Assembly: GCA_052389415.1 (NCBI GenBank)
Contig: JBQTHX010000067.1
Location: 1 to 64,000, forward strand
Source: Nitrosopumilaceae archaeon
GTDB lineage: Archaea; Thermoproteota; Nitrososphaeria; Nitrososphaerales; Nitrosopumilaceae
Length of the DNA stretch: 64,000 bases
Direction of reading: 5' to 3'
Both the position numbers and the translations under genes were made by a program. Shown piece by piece: positions 1 through 8,789 of the stretch (the stretch's first letter is position 1; every line of letters starts with the position of its first letter). The notes below the pieces were generated by a model. It saw only the letters and a list, made by a program, of their open reading frames with translations. It had not been told where the DNA came from and made no database searches.

Positions 1-198
1 GATGAAGAATTTATCAAGATTATTTTTAAAAAAATACTTGGATGTGGAGAAACCTATAATGTGGAAGAAATTGAATCATGGTTTAAAAATGAAGGAACAT
101 GGAAAAACAAGAATTCAATTACAAGAATAACAAATATGGCACACTATATTCAAGAAAAATATGAACAGGGTAACAAATTCCGAATGCTACCTGATTAA
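1..198 (+). CDS. hypothetical protein, 3' part (truncated by window edge)
   Basis: Frame 1 is open from base 1 to TAA 196-198 (DEEFIKIIFKKILGCGETYNVEEIESWF...FRMLPD*). Confidence 0.7.
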   Translation, partial: DEEFIKIIFKKILGCGETYNVEEIESWFKNEGTWKNKNSITRITNMAHYIQEKYEQGNKFRMLPD

Positions 199-229
199 CT
201 TTCTTGCAAATTGGATTGATGGTTTTTTA

Positions 230-475
230 TTAAATTTCAAGTTTCTCTAACAGTCTGCTAACAATTTTTCCATTTTCGTCTCTTTCTTTTAAAATCTCAT
301 CTAGTCTGTTTTGATTGATTTCACGCTCTTTTATGTTTGAAATTAATCGAAAATATTCTTCGTCTAGTTCATTATTTGCTTGAAAACGTTTTATTATTTC
401 AAACAAAATTCCAATGACTTCTTTTTGGGCTTCAATTAATTCATCCTTACTTCGTTCAGACATTTCTACTAACAT
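230..475 (-). CDS. hypothetical protein
   Basis: 81-aa helical, charged ORF directly downstream of the HD hydrolase. Confidence 0.75.
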   Translation of the reverse strand: MLVEMSERSKDELIEAQKEVIGILFEIIKRFQANNELDEEYFRLISNIKEREINQNRLDEILKERDENGKIVSRLLEKLEI

Positions 476-500
476 TTCATTAATACATGTATATTTTTAA

Positions 501-1028
501 TTATTGAAACAAATTTGACATTATTTTTTGTAATTGTTTATTTTGTATTTCATTATTTGCATTATCTATAAATGATTGAATCTTTTCCATAGGAAATCCT
601 TTCTTGAGATAAGTGTTTGCTTGAAAGGCCATCTCTAATTTATCTATTTCATGAACAAATACAGATTCCTCGCTTTGGTGCATTTGAAACTCATTCCATA
701 TTTCCTGATATTCTTCAGTTAAATTATTAGGAAGTTCAGTAAGAATTTTTTTCATAGCATTATTCTCTAGTTCTAATTTTTTTGATTTTGTAATTTCATC
801 TGGAGTCAAATCTCCTACTACTGATTCAGCAAGGTCATGAAGTAATGACATTTTTACAATTTTTTTTGTATCCATTCCTTGAATTTCAGAGAGGATCAAA
901 GCCATTAAAGTCATGGAGTAACTATGATCTGCGACTGATTCTGAGTTTTTTAAATCAAGTTTATTTTTCCATCCTTTTCTTTGAACATTTTTTAAATTAA
1001 TTATAATTTGGAAAAAATCTTCAAGCAA
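501..1028 (-). CDS. HD-domain hydrolase (HDDC2/YfbR-like 5'-deoxynucleotidase family)
   Basis: LKxxxRxGW, ESVADHS, LLHDLAES, GD-TP and DKLE motifs. Confidence 0.9.
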   Translation of the reverse strand: MLEDFFQIIINLKNVQRKGWKNKLDLKNSESVADHSYSMTLMALILSEIQGMDTKKIVKMSLLHDLAESVVGDLTPDEITKSKKLELENNAMKKILTELPNNLTEEYQEIWNEFQMHQSEESVFVHEIDKLEMAFQANTYLKKGFPMEKIQSFIDNANNEIQNKQLQKIMSNLFQ

Positions 1029-1030
1029 GT

Positions 1031-1153
1031 TTAGAATTTCCTGGAGTCTCCTTCTAACAGACCAGAACCACTATGAATTCTATCTATGTGCTTTGAGAGT
1101 TCTTCATTACTGTCAAAAATTGATTCGCAGTAAGGACATGTTGCCTTAGACAT
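1031..1153 (-). CDS. C2H2 zinc-finger microprotein (40 aa)
   Basis: Hand translation MSKATCPYCESIFDSNEELSKHIDRIHSGSGLLEGDSRKF*; C-x2-C-x12-H-x4-H; stop lies 2 bp before the HD gene start. Confidence 0.8.
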   Translation of the reverse strand: MSKATCPYCESIFDSNEELSKHIDRIHSGSGLLEGDSRKF

Positions 1154-1204
1154 AAAATAATTATGAAAAACAAGGTATTAAATCTACACTTACATAATTA
1201 TGCT

Positions 1205-1741
1205 ATGAAGATTTATACAAAAACAGGTGATGATGGAACTACTGGATTACAAGGAGGAAATCGAGTATTAAAATCCAATTTACGAATTAGAGCTTATGGT
1301 GTAGTTGATGAGATTAATGCTACAATTGGAATAATTCTTTCAAGTAAAATTGATGAGGATATTACAAAAATATTGACAAAAATTCAAAACGACCTTTTTG
1401 TAGTTGGTTCTGATTTATCTAACCCTGATTTATCTAATAAAAAAAATAGAGTTACAGCAATAATGGTGGAAAATCTTGAAAAAAATATAGATATGCTAGA
1501 AAAGGAGCTACCCCCATTAACTAATTTCATACTCCCAGGTGGACATAAAATAGCAGCACTATTGCATCTTGCAAGAACAATTACTAGACGAGCAGAAACC
1601 AATCTAGTTTCATTGGATGAAAAAGAGAAAGTTAATGATGAATGTAAAAAGTATCTTAATAGACTTTCTGATTTGCTTTTTGTTATTGCTAGAACTATTA
1701 ACAAAAGGGATCAAATTAAGGACATTATTTGGAAACCGTAG
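1205..1741 (+). CDS. pduO: ATP:cob(I)alamin adenosyltransferase, PduO type
   Basis: MKIYTKTGDDGTT N-terminus, FILPGG, RRAE and YLNRLSDLLF; start placed at ATG 1205. Confidence 0.93.
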   Translation: MKIYTKTGDDGTTGLQGGNRVLKSNLRIRAYGVVDEINATIGIILSSKIDEDITKILTKIQNDLFVVGSDLSNPDLSNKKNRVTAIMVENLEKNIDMLEKELPPLTNFILPGGHKIAALLHLARTITRRAETNLVSLDEKEKVNDECKKYLNRLSDLLFVIARTINKRDQIKDIIWKP

Positions 1742-1778
1742 ACACACTTTAATTCTGTATTTTGGAGAATTTTGATGT

Positions 1779-1852
1779 GCCGCGGTAGCTCAGCCCGGGA
1801 GAGCACTCGGCTGAAGACCGAGCTGTCGCGCGTTCAAGTCCCGCCGGCGGCA
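1779..1852 (+). tRNA. tRNA-Phe(GAA), with two stem mismatches
   Basis: Cloverleaf; anticodon arm CTCGG-CTGAAGA-CCGAG; T-loop TTCAAGT; followed by a T-run. Confidence 0.9.
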
Positions 1853-1950
1853 TTTTTATTTGTACATCAAAAAGGCCTATGAAGAAAGTATGGACAGATC
1901 TTGAGACAAGTTTAATAACATGGTTTACAACTTAGCAAAAAGTCACTATT

Positions 1951-2175
1951 ATGGTAAAAGATAAGAAGAAAACAAAAAAGAAAAAGGAGATAATAGAAAA
2001 ACCAAAGAAAAAGACGCTAGCTAAACCAAAGTCAAAACTAAAGCAGGACTTGGTAGTATCTGATGATGCAGGAATCATCGTAGTAGAAAACGATTCGAAC
2101 ATGGACAAGGACGCAGAGCTTGAAGCAAGAAGAGCATATCTTGAAGAAGCCCGTTCACAAGAAGCTGAAGATTGA
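1951..2175 (+). CDS. hypothetical protein (Lys-rich N-terminus, acidic C-terminus)
   Basis: 74-aa ORF with TTTAATAA about 35 bp upstream. Confidence 0.7.
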   Translation: MVKDKKKTKKKKEIIEKPKKKTLAKPKSKLKQDLVVSDDAGIIVVENDSNMDKDAELEARRAYLEEARSQEAED

Positions 2176-2268
2176 AATTAATTTTAATTACCTAACGCTT
2201 AGAAAAAACAATATTACATCACAGATAATACCATAAACACTTATCCATATGTCAATGATAATATCCAT

Positions 2269-2508
2269 GTGCGAGCCCTTTGTCTAATAACTGTTAAACC
2301 TGGGAAAGTTGATTCAGTATTACAAACATTAAAAAAATCACGTAAGATAATTCGAGAAATTATGATAGTGACAGGTAGAGCAGATATCGCAGTAGTGCTT
2401 CAAGGTACTATTGACGAAATAAATAATATCGTAATTGATTTTAAAAGAATACGTGAAATCGTCACAACAGAAACTCTGATAGAAGTGGAGGTCAATATGG
2501 GATGGTAA
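2269..2508 (+). CDS. Lrp/AsnC ligand-binding-domain-only protein
   Basis: LI.VKPG...VTGRADI...IREIVTTETLI RAM-domain pattern, no HTH. Confidence 0.85.
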   Translation: MRALCLITVKPGKVDSVLQTLKKSRKIIREIMIVTGRADIAVVLQGTIDEINNIVIDFKRIREIVTTETLIEVEVNMGW

Positions 2509-2720
2509 AAGCTGTAGTTTTGGTAAAATCTCCAAAAAAACTCATTGCCGCACGTCTAAGAAAAGTAAAATCAGTCTATGATTCGTTTGCAGTAAGCGGA
2601 CAGTTTGATGCAGTTGCTCTAATTGAGGTCAAGTCATTAGCGCAAATCAAAGATGTTACAACGGAGATACAAAGTATCACCGGAGTCGAACGAACAGAGA
2701 CAATGGTACAGGTAGTATAG
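2502..2720 (+). CDS. Lrp/AsnC ligand-binding-domain-only protein
   Basis: VSGQFDAV...IQSITGVERTETM pattern; overlaps the preceding paralogue. Confidence 0.85.
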   Translation: MVKAVVLVKSPKKLIAARLRKVKSVYDSFAVSGQFDAVALIEVKSLAQIKDVTTEIQSITGVERTETMVQVV

Positions 2721-2755
2721 CAAAGGATTTTAACATCATAGTATCAATTTTCAGT

Positions 2756-3166
2756 ATGAACATTAGGCACCTTGGAAGTGTAATAATTGCGGTATCTGAT
2801 TTGCCAAAATCTGTTAAGTTTTATAATGAAGTCATAGGCCTCCCAATAAAAAACCAGAGAGAGAACTGGGTAGAATTAGCAAAACAGGGCGCCACAGTGA
2901 TATTGCATTCTGCAAGTAAACCAATTAACACTGGAACCTCTATTGAGAATGGAATAGTCATTGGCCTTGTGGTCGGGGATATAGATAGTGCATTACAAGA
3001 GTTAAAAGCACAAAAAGTTACGGTGTATAGAGAAATCCAGTCTCATAAAACAGGAAAAAATGCAATAGTTCTGGATCCTGATAAATATATGATATCTCTT
3101 TTTGAACCCGGTCTTGAAGATACTGCAAAACAAGCTTCGGGATTTCATGGGTTTGCCCCTCTCTAA
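2756..3166 (+). CDS. VOC/glyoxalase family protein
   Basis: VSDLxxSxxFYxxVIGL and DPDxYxI motifs. Confidence 0.88.
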   Translation: MNIRHLGSVIIAVSDLPKSVKFYNEVIGLPIKNQRENWVELAKQGATVILHSASKPINTGTSIENGIVIGLVVGDIDSALQELKAQKVTVYREIQSHKTGKNAIVLDPDKYMISLFEPGLEDTAKQASGFHGFAPL

Positions 3167-3555
3167 ATTAATTTTTTAATTTCGTTGACCATTTTAGATA
3201 ATGAATCAGATGTCATATCATCATCTATAGAAATATAGTAAGTACCTTCTTTTCGTCTGAAAGCAAGTAACGTTATTTTCTTGTGTTTGAAGATAGCATA
3301 TTCCAAATCTCCAATTGCAGGATAATTGGCACTTCGCATTGATAACATGGTAGAGATTAAAAAGAACTCGTTTCTTACCTGCTCTGGCTTTAGGAGAGGT
3401 TTTGTCCCTTGTTTTAAGATGCCAGTCAAAGTTCTGCCATATTCATTAATTAATCCAACATAGCGTATGGATGATGAAACCAACAGAATCCTTTGGCATT
3501 TTTTTCTATGAACCGTAATTTCATCGATCCATTTCTGGTTTGGTGTTTTTGTCAT
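3163..3555 (-). CDS. roadblock/profilin-like small protein (thaumarchaeal DUF6659-like)
   Basis: IRYVGLINxxGR...GDLEY pattern typical of this expanded AOA family. Confidence 0.7.
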   Translation of the reverse strand: MTKTPNQKWIDEITVHRKKCQRILLVSSSIRYVGLINEYGRTLTGILKQGTKPLLKPEQVRNEFFLISTMLSMRSANYPAIGDLEYAIFKHKKITLLAFRRKEGTYYISIDDDMTSDSLSKMVNEIKKLI

Positions 3556-3588
3556 GGTTTAGATCCTTTAACAGATTCAGTAAAAATT

Positions 3589-3978
3589 TCAGTTTTTCTT
3601 TCGTTTATCCAGATCACGCTTTAGAGCTGCATTTTCTTTTTTCAATTGTTCATTTTCTGATTGTAATGAATTGACAACACTGGTTTTTGAATGCAATGGG
3701 TGACCAGGTCCAAATTGATTTAATGGAGCCATATCAAATAATCCTAACGCATGTTGCTGGAACATGGTATGGAAATCAAATAACCTTGAAAGCATGGATG
3801 CATTGTTATTAATTATATCATCCTTGAGATTGCCTGCTTTTGACATTCCCTTATTTTGATTAGCAACACCAGGCGGCAACCTTGGGAATGCCAATGGAGA
3901 GTTTATCATATACATATCAAATCCAAATGGAGGTATTTTTTTTGGGTCTATATTCCACATGTATTGTTTGAATTTCAC
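3589..3978 (-). CDS. hypothetical protein with C-terminal coiled coil
   Basis: 129-aa ORF; LQSENEQLKKENAALKRDL heptads; GGGGAG upstream. Confidence 0.65.
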   Translation of the reverse strand: MKFKQYMWNIDPKKIPPFGFDMYMINSPLAFPRLPPGVANQNKGMSKAGNLKDDIINNNASMLSRLFDFHTMFQQHALGLFDMAPLNQFGPGHPLHSKTSVVNSLQSENEQLKKENAALKRDLDKRKKN

Positions 3979-4107
3979 TCCCCTTATTTCACTTTTCTGT
4001 ACGTGATTTCATTCATTAGATATGCAAGAATGTCAATCCGGATTTAGTTTTTATCAAATTCAGCTGATCGCTGATCCTTATAGAAGGTCAGGATCTACAA
4101 GAATTTA

Positions 4108-4257
4108 ATGGAAAAAACAATATTGAAACGATGTATAAAATGTAAAAAAAATATTATTTCCAGTGAATTATACAAAATAGTAATGTATGTTGTAGGTGAA
4201 GAATTTACCGATCATCATTACGAACACATTGAATGCCCTGATAAATTTACAGTTTAA
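4108..4257 (+). CDS. CxxC...HxxC zinc-finger microprotein (49 aa)
   Basis: Hand translation MEKTILKRCIKCKKNIISSELYKIVMYVVGEEFTDHHYEHIECPDKFTV*; TTATAG about 25 bp upstream; convergent stop overlap with the cyclase. Confidence 0.75.
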   Translation: MEKTILKRCIKCKKNIISSELYKIVMYVVGEEFTDHHYEHIECPDKFTV

Positions 4258-5045
4258 CCAACATATGCATACACACGATAAATTTTTCCAGTTTCCCTGT
4301 CACGATAATCCCACTGTTCGTTTGCGATCTCCTTAAAAGTTTTTTTCATTGTCGGATGAAGTTTTTCAAATATATCCTCTCCAATTAGTATCTGATTTGG
4401 CTTAGCAATACTAGTTATCTTTGCAGCTATACTCATACCAGGACCAAGAATGTCGACATGTGACTTGGATTCGTCAGTTCCATATCGTACAATCGTATTT
4501 TCGCCAAAATCCATTCCTATCTTTACATAAAGATCTGGATAGTCATATTCATTAAGAATTGGGTTTATTCCTCGTTCAATTACTGAAATCATTGATTTTG
4601 CACAATTAACCGCATTGTCTGCAGCAACTAGTTGATTTTCCTGCGCTACAAAATAACCAATTACGGCATCACCAACATATTTTAGCACATATCCTTCATG
4701 GTGTCTAATGACAAATCCCATTTCCTGAGAAAATGAGCTTATGATGATAGCTAATTTTTCAGTCGGCAGTTGTAAAGTCATTTGTGTAGAACCTACCAGG
4801 TCAACATAAACTATAATCATCTTCACTCTAGAAGAGACATGTTCTCTCAAGAACTTGTCAGAGTCGTCTCGAAAATAGTCATTATACTGATAACCTTCTT
4901 TGAGCGATTTCCATACTCGTGTTTGTACTTCCTTTATTACAGTCTCAAGATCTGCTCTTTCCGATCTACTGCCTCCAAGCATCATATCTACGATGTCCTT
5001 TGTTTTGACAGGATCGGAGGAAGGTGGTCTCACATCTTCATTCAT
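4254..5045 (-). CDS. class III adenylate/guanylate cyclase
   Basis: YVDLVGST, KYVGDAV, KIGMDFG and DILG motifs. Confidence 0.92.
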   Translation of the reverse strand: MNEDVRPPSSDPVKTKDIVDMMLGGSRSERADLETVIKEVQTRVWKSLKEGYQYNDYFRDDSDKFLREHVSSRVKMIIVYVDLVGSTQMTLQLPTEKLAIIISSFSQEMGFVIRHHEGYVLKYVGDAVIGYFVAQENQLVAADNAVNCAKSMISVIERGINPILNEYDYPDLYVKIGMDFGENTIVRYGTDESKSHVDILGPGMSIAAKITSIAKPNQILIGEDIFEKLHPTMKKTFKEIANEQWDYRDRETGKIYRVYAYVG

Positions 5046-5064
5046 TATTACTCACCAAACACGT

Positions 5065-5196
5065 TCATTCTAAAGGAAAATTGACTCCACAAACTGGGCA
5101 TTGGGCACGTTCTCCCTTATATTTAAGGTCAAAATACTGGATTATTTCAACATCACAGTTCCAGCAGACTATCTTATTGTATGATGCTTTAGCCAA
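5065..5196 (-). CDS. zinc-ribbon microprotein (43 aa)
   Basis: CWNC...CPVC; TTG start at 5196 preceded by AAGGAG; upstream of the cyclase on the same strand. Confidence 0.75.
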   Translation of the reverse strand: MAKASYNKIVCWNCDVEIIQYFDLKYKGERAQCPVCGVNFPLE

Positions 5197-5247
5197 ATCT
5201 CTCCTTTTTACAGAATTTCCTATATTTAAAGGACATATCAGATTTAT

Positions 5248-6108
5248 GTGACTTTTAAAAAAAGAAAGATTATGCAAATTCCATCAAAGTCTGATGATCA
5301 ATTTCTTAAGGATATGACTGAAAAAAGTGAAAAGATAAGATCTACCTTTCTAGAAAAGATCACAGAATCAACAAAAAGTATGCCAGTCAAAGTCATGCTT
5401 GGAGATAGTACTGTAACGGATCAGACCACATTTGATCCCACATTAGTAAGGCAGTTCTACCATGAGATTCTAAAAAAATTATCAGATTGGAAAGATCAAG
5501 GGATATCTACTGTCAACGATAAAGACTTGCGGCGTATTTTTTTCAAATCCGAAATACACGAAGAGGGCTACTTACTTTCTTGCTACATGTCATTACAATA
5601 TCATGCACTGTTGTATTATAAACCAGACAAGAGAGTGATAGAAATACAAAAAGAATTATCGGAAATAATGGATAAAACAAAAAATCTTGAAGTAGAAGTT
5701 TCCCAACAAGGAGATAAAATTATTCAGAACAGACTAAAAGAGATTGGAAGTGAAAATGCTGATCAGCAAAAACTTTTTGAGATTTTTTTTCAAAATGACG
5801 AATTATCCACAAGTCTTTTCGCCAAGATATACTCAAGTACTGATGAAAACTTTAAAAAATTCTCTAAAAGGCGTTCTGAATTATTTACAGAACTTGATAA
5901 TCTGTTAATCGAGATTTATCATGTCTCTCCTGTAATGATTGATGAGATGAGAATGATAGCCGCAGAAGAAGGATGTTTATGTCATTTTGATCTTGAGTTA
6001 ATAAAAAAAGACAATAAAGAGGGCAATTTTGACGTTTCAAAAATCCCATCCAAGGCCAAAGAGAATCTACTAAAAAGAATGGATGAAGTGGTAGCTTCTT
6101 TGTTTTGA
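5248..6108 (+). CDS. conserved hypothetical protein
   Basis: 286-aa ORF with a central coiled coil; start may be ATG 5272. Confidence 0.8.
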   Translation: MTFKKRKIMQIPSKSDDQFLKDMTEKSEKIRSTFLEKITESTKSMPVKVMLGDSTVTDQTTFDPTLVRQFYHEILKKLSDWKDQGISTVNDKDLRRIFFKSEIHEEGYLLSCYMSLQYHALLYYKPDKRVIEIQKELSEIMDKTKNLEVEVSQQGDKIIQNRLKEIGSENADQQKLFEIFFQNDELSTSLFAKIYSSTDENFKKFSKRRSELFTELDNLLIEIYHVSPVMIDEMRMIAAEEGCLCHFDLELIKKDNKEGNFDVSKIPSKAKENLLKRMDEVVASLF

Positions 6109-6153
6109 TATTTTTTGGCAACATTTATGTTGTAATTATTATGAACAAATCTG

Positions 6154-7362
6154 TTGAATCTTTCATTTGAGGATATCATATCGGCACAAAAAATTCAGGG
6201 GCGTGTCATACGCAAAACGCCAATGTATCAATCTGCTACGTTTAGTCATATGACTGGATCAAAAGTTTACTTAAAATCAGAGCACTTGCAGAAAACTGGA
6301 TCATTCAAAGTAAGAGGTGCGTATGCAAAAATACATTCCTTGTCAAGAGAAGAAAAAAGAAAAGGTGTCATTGCGGCATCTGCAGGAAACCATGCTCAAG
6401 GAGTAGCATTTGCATCGTCACTTGAAAACATTCCCTGTACAATTGTAATGCCTGTAAATGCATCTCCTGCAAAGGTAGCTGCAACAAGAGCATATGGTGC
6501 AAGAGTTGTTCTAGAAGGTACTATCTATGATGAGTCTTGGTCAAAAGCACTAGAGATAGCTAACAAAACTGGAGGCAAGATAATACATGCTTTTGATGAC
6601 CAAAAAGTAATTTCTGCACAAGGAGTAATCGGATTGGAAATTATGAAGGATTTGCCAAATGTAGATGAGATCTATTTACCTATAGGTGGCGGTGGACTTG
6701 CTGCAGGTGTCTTACGCGCAGTAAAAACCAAAAAACCCAAAGTAAAAGTCATTGGAGTACAATCAAGTGCCTTTCCCTCGATGAAAAAATCAGTAGACTC
6801 TGGAAAATTAGAATCAGTAGAAGGGAAACGAACTATAGCAGATGGAATCTCTGTTAAAAAACCAGGTGAATTCACATTTAAGATAATAGATGAGTTAATT
6901 GACGATATTGTTCTTGTGGATGACTCACAGATAGTCAAAGCCATGTTTCTTTTAATGGAGAGAACAAAGATGGTTGTAGAACCTGCAGGAGCAATTAGTT
7001 TAGCTTACTTATTGGATAAGAAACCAGCCAAAGATAAAAACGTGGTATCAATTCTTTCTGGAGGTAATGTAGACATGTATCTCTTAGGTCAGATAGTTGC
7101 AAAAGGACTTACTGAAATGGGAAGAATGGTAAAGATATCGATATTGCTAACCGATAAACCAGGAGCGCTCAAAGAAGTAGTGGATCAAATATCATCACTG
7201 AGTGTCAATATCGTTGAAGTAATCCATGATAGATTAAGTTCAAGCATACCAGTAGGAACAGCGGGAGTAACCCTAAGTCTGGAAACGGAAGACCAAAAAC
7301 ATGCTGAAAAATTAATTTCTTATTTAAAACATAAGAAAATTCAATTTAAGATAATTACTTAA
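6154..7362 (+). CDS. ilvA: threonine ammonia-lyase with C-terminal ACT domain
   Basis: LQKTGSFKVRGA PLP lysine, ASAGNHAQG, PIGGGGL, LTDKPGAL ACT. Confidence 0.95.
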   Translation: MNLSFEDIISAQKIQGRVIRKTPMYQSATFSHMTGSKVYLKSEHLQKTGSFKVRGAYAKIHSLSREEKRKGVIAASAGNHAQGVAFASSLENIPCTIVMPVNASPAKVAATRAYGARVVLEGTIYDESWSKALEIANKTGGKIIHAFDDQKVISAQGVIGLEIMKDLPNVDEIYLPIGGGGLAAGVLRAVKTKKPKVKVIGVQSSAFPSMKKSVDSGKLESVEGKRTIADGISVKKPGEFTFKIIDELIDDIVLVDDSQIVKAMFLLMERTKMVVEPAGAISLAYLLDKKPAKDKNVVSILSGGNVDMYLLGQIVAKGLTEMGRMVKISILLTDKPGALKEVVDQISSLSVNIVEVIHDRLSSSIPVGTAGVTLSLETEDQKHAEKLISYLKHKKIQFKIIT

Positions 7363-7372
7363 ACTTCTCGTT

Positions 7373-8698
7373 TTATAGTTTTATTCTATAATAATCCCAT
7401 TTGTCTGGAGAAAACTCATGAACAGATTCAATTCCTTCGTTTCTCTCAATTCTCATTCGAATTAGATTTCTTTGTGCGAAACTTGTCAAAAATTTATATC
7501 CCTTTGCCTCTGCTTGAATCGAGAACAGAACGCGAAGTTCATGCCCTCCATTTTGACCATAATATCCTGTTTTGAGCGCAATTGGTTCTAGAAAAACGGT
7601 GTTGAACATTCCATAGTTTTTATCAAATTGTTGTGCACGATGTTGATAACCTTCTAAAGGACCTCCCTTTGCAAAACCTACTATCGGCCCTTTTTCGTTT
7701 CCCAACCTGAGAGTATTTAGAATAGTATTGCAGTCTCTCACTGATTCTGAAAATTCTTCCCTTTTGAATTGATAAGGTGTTGGTAATTCTTCAAATATTG
7801 TTTGTAATGTCTTGATAAATTCTTCATTCTGTCTTGTTTTGGGAGGTTCTATCACAGGTACTAGTTTTACATTATCATATACTAAGGAAGCTTTGATCAT
7901 TATTTCTTCTTCCCTTAGTTTCATAAATGCCAACACATTATCCATGAACAATTTTCTCATTTGTTTTGGGAGAGCGTTCAATACATGATCACACATTTCG
8001 GTTTCGTTGTTCAAAAGATCTTCAAAGTATGCAACTGATCTTCTTGCCAGAACACTAGGATGCCAGGATAATGCATATGCGTTTTTATTTGCTAATTCTA
8101 ACGCATGATTGAAATTTCCAACTGCATAACCACTAATTCTATCTACGACAGAGAGAAACCATCCTAGTTTTTTATAAAATTCTTTTTTTGTAGGATTGTT
8201 TTTTATTAATTCTGAGGCAGACAAAAACTCTTCTATTTTTTTTTCCGCTTTTTCCTTTAGTTCTCCATTCCATGGGTATGTTGTTCTAAGAATCAGTGAA
8301 GCCACAATGTTTACATCAAGATCTGCAGCTCTTAATAAATCGCGTAATGTTTCATCTGTTCTTACAAAATGCACCGCAACTTCCTCATGTGGTTTCTCTG
8401 CATTTCGCTGAGGATCATAATCATGAAAGAGCGCAGCAAAGTAAAGATATTTCATATCTTCCAAGGTAATAAAATTTTGAGGACTTTCCCATTGAGCTGC
8501 GATTAAGGTGACATAAGTTACTTCTAGCTCGTGTATTATGTTATGATATCCATAGTAATCTTTCCCTCGTCCAGCAGTTTCAAATACAGATATGGTATAT
8601 TCAAGAACTTTGGAATAACAGGGTGAAACTAATCCATTTTGGGAAAGTACTTCTAAAATTTTTTCCTTTAAATTGCCAGATTCTACAAGTTGTTGCAA
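7373..8698 (-). CDS. HD-superfamily phosphohydrolase fused to a GNAT-like C-terminal domain
   Basis: YHNIIHELEV, AALFHDYD and VVDRI; C-terminus IVGFAKGGP...FLEPIAL..GYYGQNGG...GYKFL. Confidence 0.8.
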   Translation of the reverse strand: MQQLVESGNLKEKILEVLSQNGLVSPCYSKVLEYTISVFETAGRGKDYYGYHNIIHELEVTYVTLIAAQWESPQNFITLEDMKYLYFAALFHDYDPQRNAEKPHEEVAVHFVRTDETLRDLLRAADLDVNIVASLILRTTYPWNGELKEKAEKKIEEFLSASELIKNNPTKKEFYKKLGWFLSVVDRISGYAVGNFNHALELANKNAYALSWHPSVLARRSVAYFEDLLNNETEMCDHVLNALPKQMRKLFMDNVLAFMKLREEEIMIKASLVYDNVKLVPVIEPPKTRQNEEFIKTLQTIFEELPTPYQFKREEFSESVRDCNTILNTLRLGNEKGPIVGFAKGGPLEGYQHRAQQFDKNYGMFNTVFLEPIALKTGYYGQNGGHELRVLFSIQAEAKGYKFLTSFAQRNLIRMRIERNEGIESVHEFSPDKWDYYRIKL

Positions 8699-8789
8699 TA
8701 ATACAATTTTGCGCTAACTAATTACATAAACATTTTCTAAATTTAACACAATTTCCAAATTAGGAATCAAGTTTAAGGTTTATGAAGTT

